A DNA stretch of 48,949 nt from Octopus bimaculoides (taxonomy: Eukaryota), in assembly GCF_001194135.2 (NCBI RefSeq), contig NC_068985.1, positions 65,731,088-65,780,036 on the forward strand, given 5' to 3'. This document shows, piece by piece, positions 46,751-48,949 of this stretch. The number at the start of each line of letters is the position of its first letter. Position 1 is the first letter of the stretch. Below the pieces are notes generated by a model that saw nothing but the letters and a program-made list of their open reading frames with translations, made no database searches and had not been told where the DNA came from. The translations under genes and the position numbers were made by a program.

Positions 46751-48218
46751 GAAATTAAGGGAGAGTTGATGATGTTTTTATTAAATGTAGTAGTATTGAA
46801 GGTGGCAGTGGAAGTAATAATTAAAGAGAGAAAGTGTGGGTACGTGAGAGAAAGAGAAACTGAATATTGAACATACTGAACACAATTCTTTTACACACAC
46901 ATTTAGCCTTTCTGTGATGGTAATGGGTGACAGTAATAGTATGAGCTGTAGTTGTGATAGAGGTGGAGGTGATGAAGGTGCTGGTGGTAGCGGAGGCGTT
47001 CAGGAATGACGGTGAGAGCAAATGATGTGAAAGACAGTGGTGATTGTGGTGGAGGGNNNNNNNNNNCAGGAATGACGGTGAGAGCAAATGATGTGAAAGA
47101 CAGTGGTGATTGTGGTGGAGGGGAAAGTGGCGAAGTCAATGATATTGATGGTGGTGGCGTCAGATGTCTGAATGGTGTGTGTATGGCAGATGTAGTGGTG
47201 ATGGTAGTGGTACTGTTGTTTATCATGCAGCTTTGCAATAAGTTCCAAGTCGATAAATTATATCATTCTTTTAATGAAATTTGTTCATTGCATGAAAAAT
47301 ATTGTTCAAGCTTGATAAAATTTAATATGTACTCAATGCATGAAGTGTCATTGTTGGGCTCAAGGCCTAATAAAGTACTCTCCCCAGGAGCTAGCTTAAA
47401 ANNNNNNNNNNNNNNNNNNNNNNNNNNNNNNNNNNNNNNNNNNNNNNNNNNNNNNNNNNNNNNNNNNNNNNNNNNNNNNNNNNNNNNNNNNNNNNNNNNN
47501 NNNNNNNNNNNNNNNNNNNNNNNNNNNNNNNNNNNNNNNNNNNNNNNNNNNNNNNNNNNNNNNNNNNNNNNNNNNNNNNNNNNNNNNNNNNNNNNNNNNN
47601 NNNNNNNNNNNNNNNNNNNNNNNNNNNNNNNNNNNNNNNNNNNNNNNNNNNNNNNNNNNNNNNNNNNNNNNNNNNNNNNNNNNNNNNNNNNNNNNNNNNN
47701 NNNNNNNNNNNNNNNNNNNNNNNNNNNNNNNNNNNNNNNNNNNNNNNATATATATATATATAGTTGAAAAATATCGTTATAGATATAAAAATACCATAAA
47801 GCAATTATAGAAAAATGGAGGAGAAAAAGATGTTGAATCAAAATTAGATTTAATACAAAATAGGATTCAATACATACGTGTGTTTCAAAGGACAATACAA
47901 ATATGTAAGAAAAAAATTATAACCATAGTAATTATAATTAAATTTATGCATTGTAATTTTCATTAGTGTGAAGAATTTTTGTAAGGACATCAAAAAAGGT
48001 TTAATAAAATAAAGTAAATTAAAATAAGATACAATAAGGGAGAATTCAAGTGGAGTAATAGGGAAAAAAATCGGATATTTGCAAGCAAGTTTTAAAAGGG
48101 GAAAAAAATAACAGTAATAATAATAGTTAGAGAGACGAAAGGGAAAAAAAGACATATATATCAATGTGTATGCACGTCTATATGTGCGGTAAACTATAAC
48201 ATAAAAATAAGGATGAAA

Positions 48219-48410
48219 AGCTAACGGGTATGTTTTAAAAAATGGTAACAGGTCGAGACAAAGTATAATAAACCGGGTCACGTTTGTATAGTAGAATATA
48301 ACGTAACAGGTGGACTAGTAGAAAAAAACCACAGATTAATATTGAAAAACGAAAGATATATTTTTAAAAACATACCCGTTAGCTAATTTTTTAAAAAACA
48401 TACCCGTTAC
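48219..48410. mobile_element. Small element with ~24-bp inverted repeats; right repeat duplicated
   Basis: AGCTAACGGGTATGTTTTAAAAAA (48219) versus TTTTTAAAAACATACCCGTTAGCT (48361-48384); a further partial copy at 48387-48410. Confidence 0.6.
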
Positions 48411-48411
48411 T

Positions 48412-48771
48412 AATTTTATCGACCCTGAAAGGATAAAAAGCAAAGTCGACCTCGGCGTAATTCGAACTCAAAACCCTATTGGCAGACGAAATACCGCTAA
48501 GCAATTCGCCCGGCTTGCTAACGATTCTGCCATCTCCCCGCCTTAATATAATGTAATAATATAATCTTTTCTACTCTAGGCACAAGGTTCGAAATTTTTG
48601 AGGAGGGGGCCAGTCGATTAGATCAACCCCAGTAAACAACTAGTACTTATTTTACTGACCCTGAAAGGATGAAAGGCAAAGTCGACCTCGTAGAAGTTGA
48701 ACTCAGAAAGACAGATGAAATACCGCTAAGCATTTCACCAGGCGTGCTAACGATTCTGCCAGCTCGCCGCC
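48412..48771 (-). mobile_element. Two tandem copies of the short SINE
   Basis: 48412-48542 and ~48563-48771. Confidence 0.85.
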
Positions 48772-48774
48772 TTA

Positions 48775-48949
48775 ATATAATATAAAATATAATATAAAAT
48801 ATAATATAATATAATATAATATAATATAATATAATATAATATAATATGATATGATATGATATGATATGATATGATATGATATGATATGATATGATATGAT
48901 ATGATATGATATGATATGATATGATATGATATGATATGATATGATATGA
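48775..48949. repeat. (AATAT)n grading into (GATAT)n
   Basis: Direct reading. Confidence 0.95.

Noticed and set aside
47000-47125. Exact ~56-bp direct repeat around a 10-N gap
   Set aside because: Identical sequence on both sides of a minimal gap is the signature of an unmerged contig overlap.
46903-47248. Thr/Pro/His-rich minus ORFs that could be another stalk exon
   Set aside because: GGT/GAT low complexity with no convincing acceptor-donor pair.

Overview
AT-rich, repeat-dense animal DNA with N-gaps (about 5000-5990, 17413-17726, 18569-19393, 40792-40939, 43922-44279, 47402-47747, plus three 10-N gaps). From memory the SINE families look octopus/cephalopod-like; this is not verified. The ORF track mostly misses one host gene on the minus strand. 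I assembled five GT-AG exons by hand (45023-44859, 29843-29604, 27270-27220, 22611-22536, 10879-10231). They join in one uninterrupted frame of 1181 nt and encode the C-terminal ~392 aa of a single-pass type I membrane protein: a Thr/Ser-rich stalk, one TM helix, an RRRRC stop-transfer segment, and a ~216 aa tail with YVN and DDYALV motifs ending in NLAV. The 5' end lies beyond the window. The rest is decayed mobile DNA: HERO-like, R4/Dong-like (four fragments), RTE-like, L1/Tx1-like, Penelope-like (some with hammerhead cores), Ty3/gypsy, a probable solo LTR, a Chapaev3-like DNA transposon, MITE-like hairpins, many SINEs, microsatellites, and a ~6 kb (CACT)n/(GAGT)n tract that switches strand polarity. 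All family names come from recalled protein motifs, not database searches. No rRNA, tRNA or CRISPR was seen.
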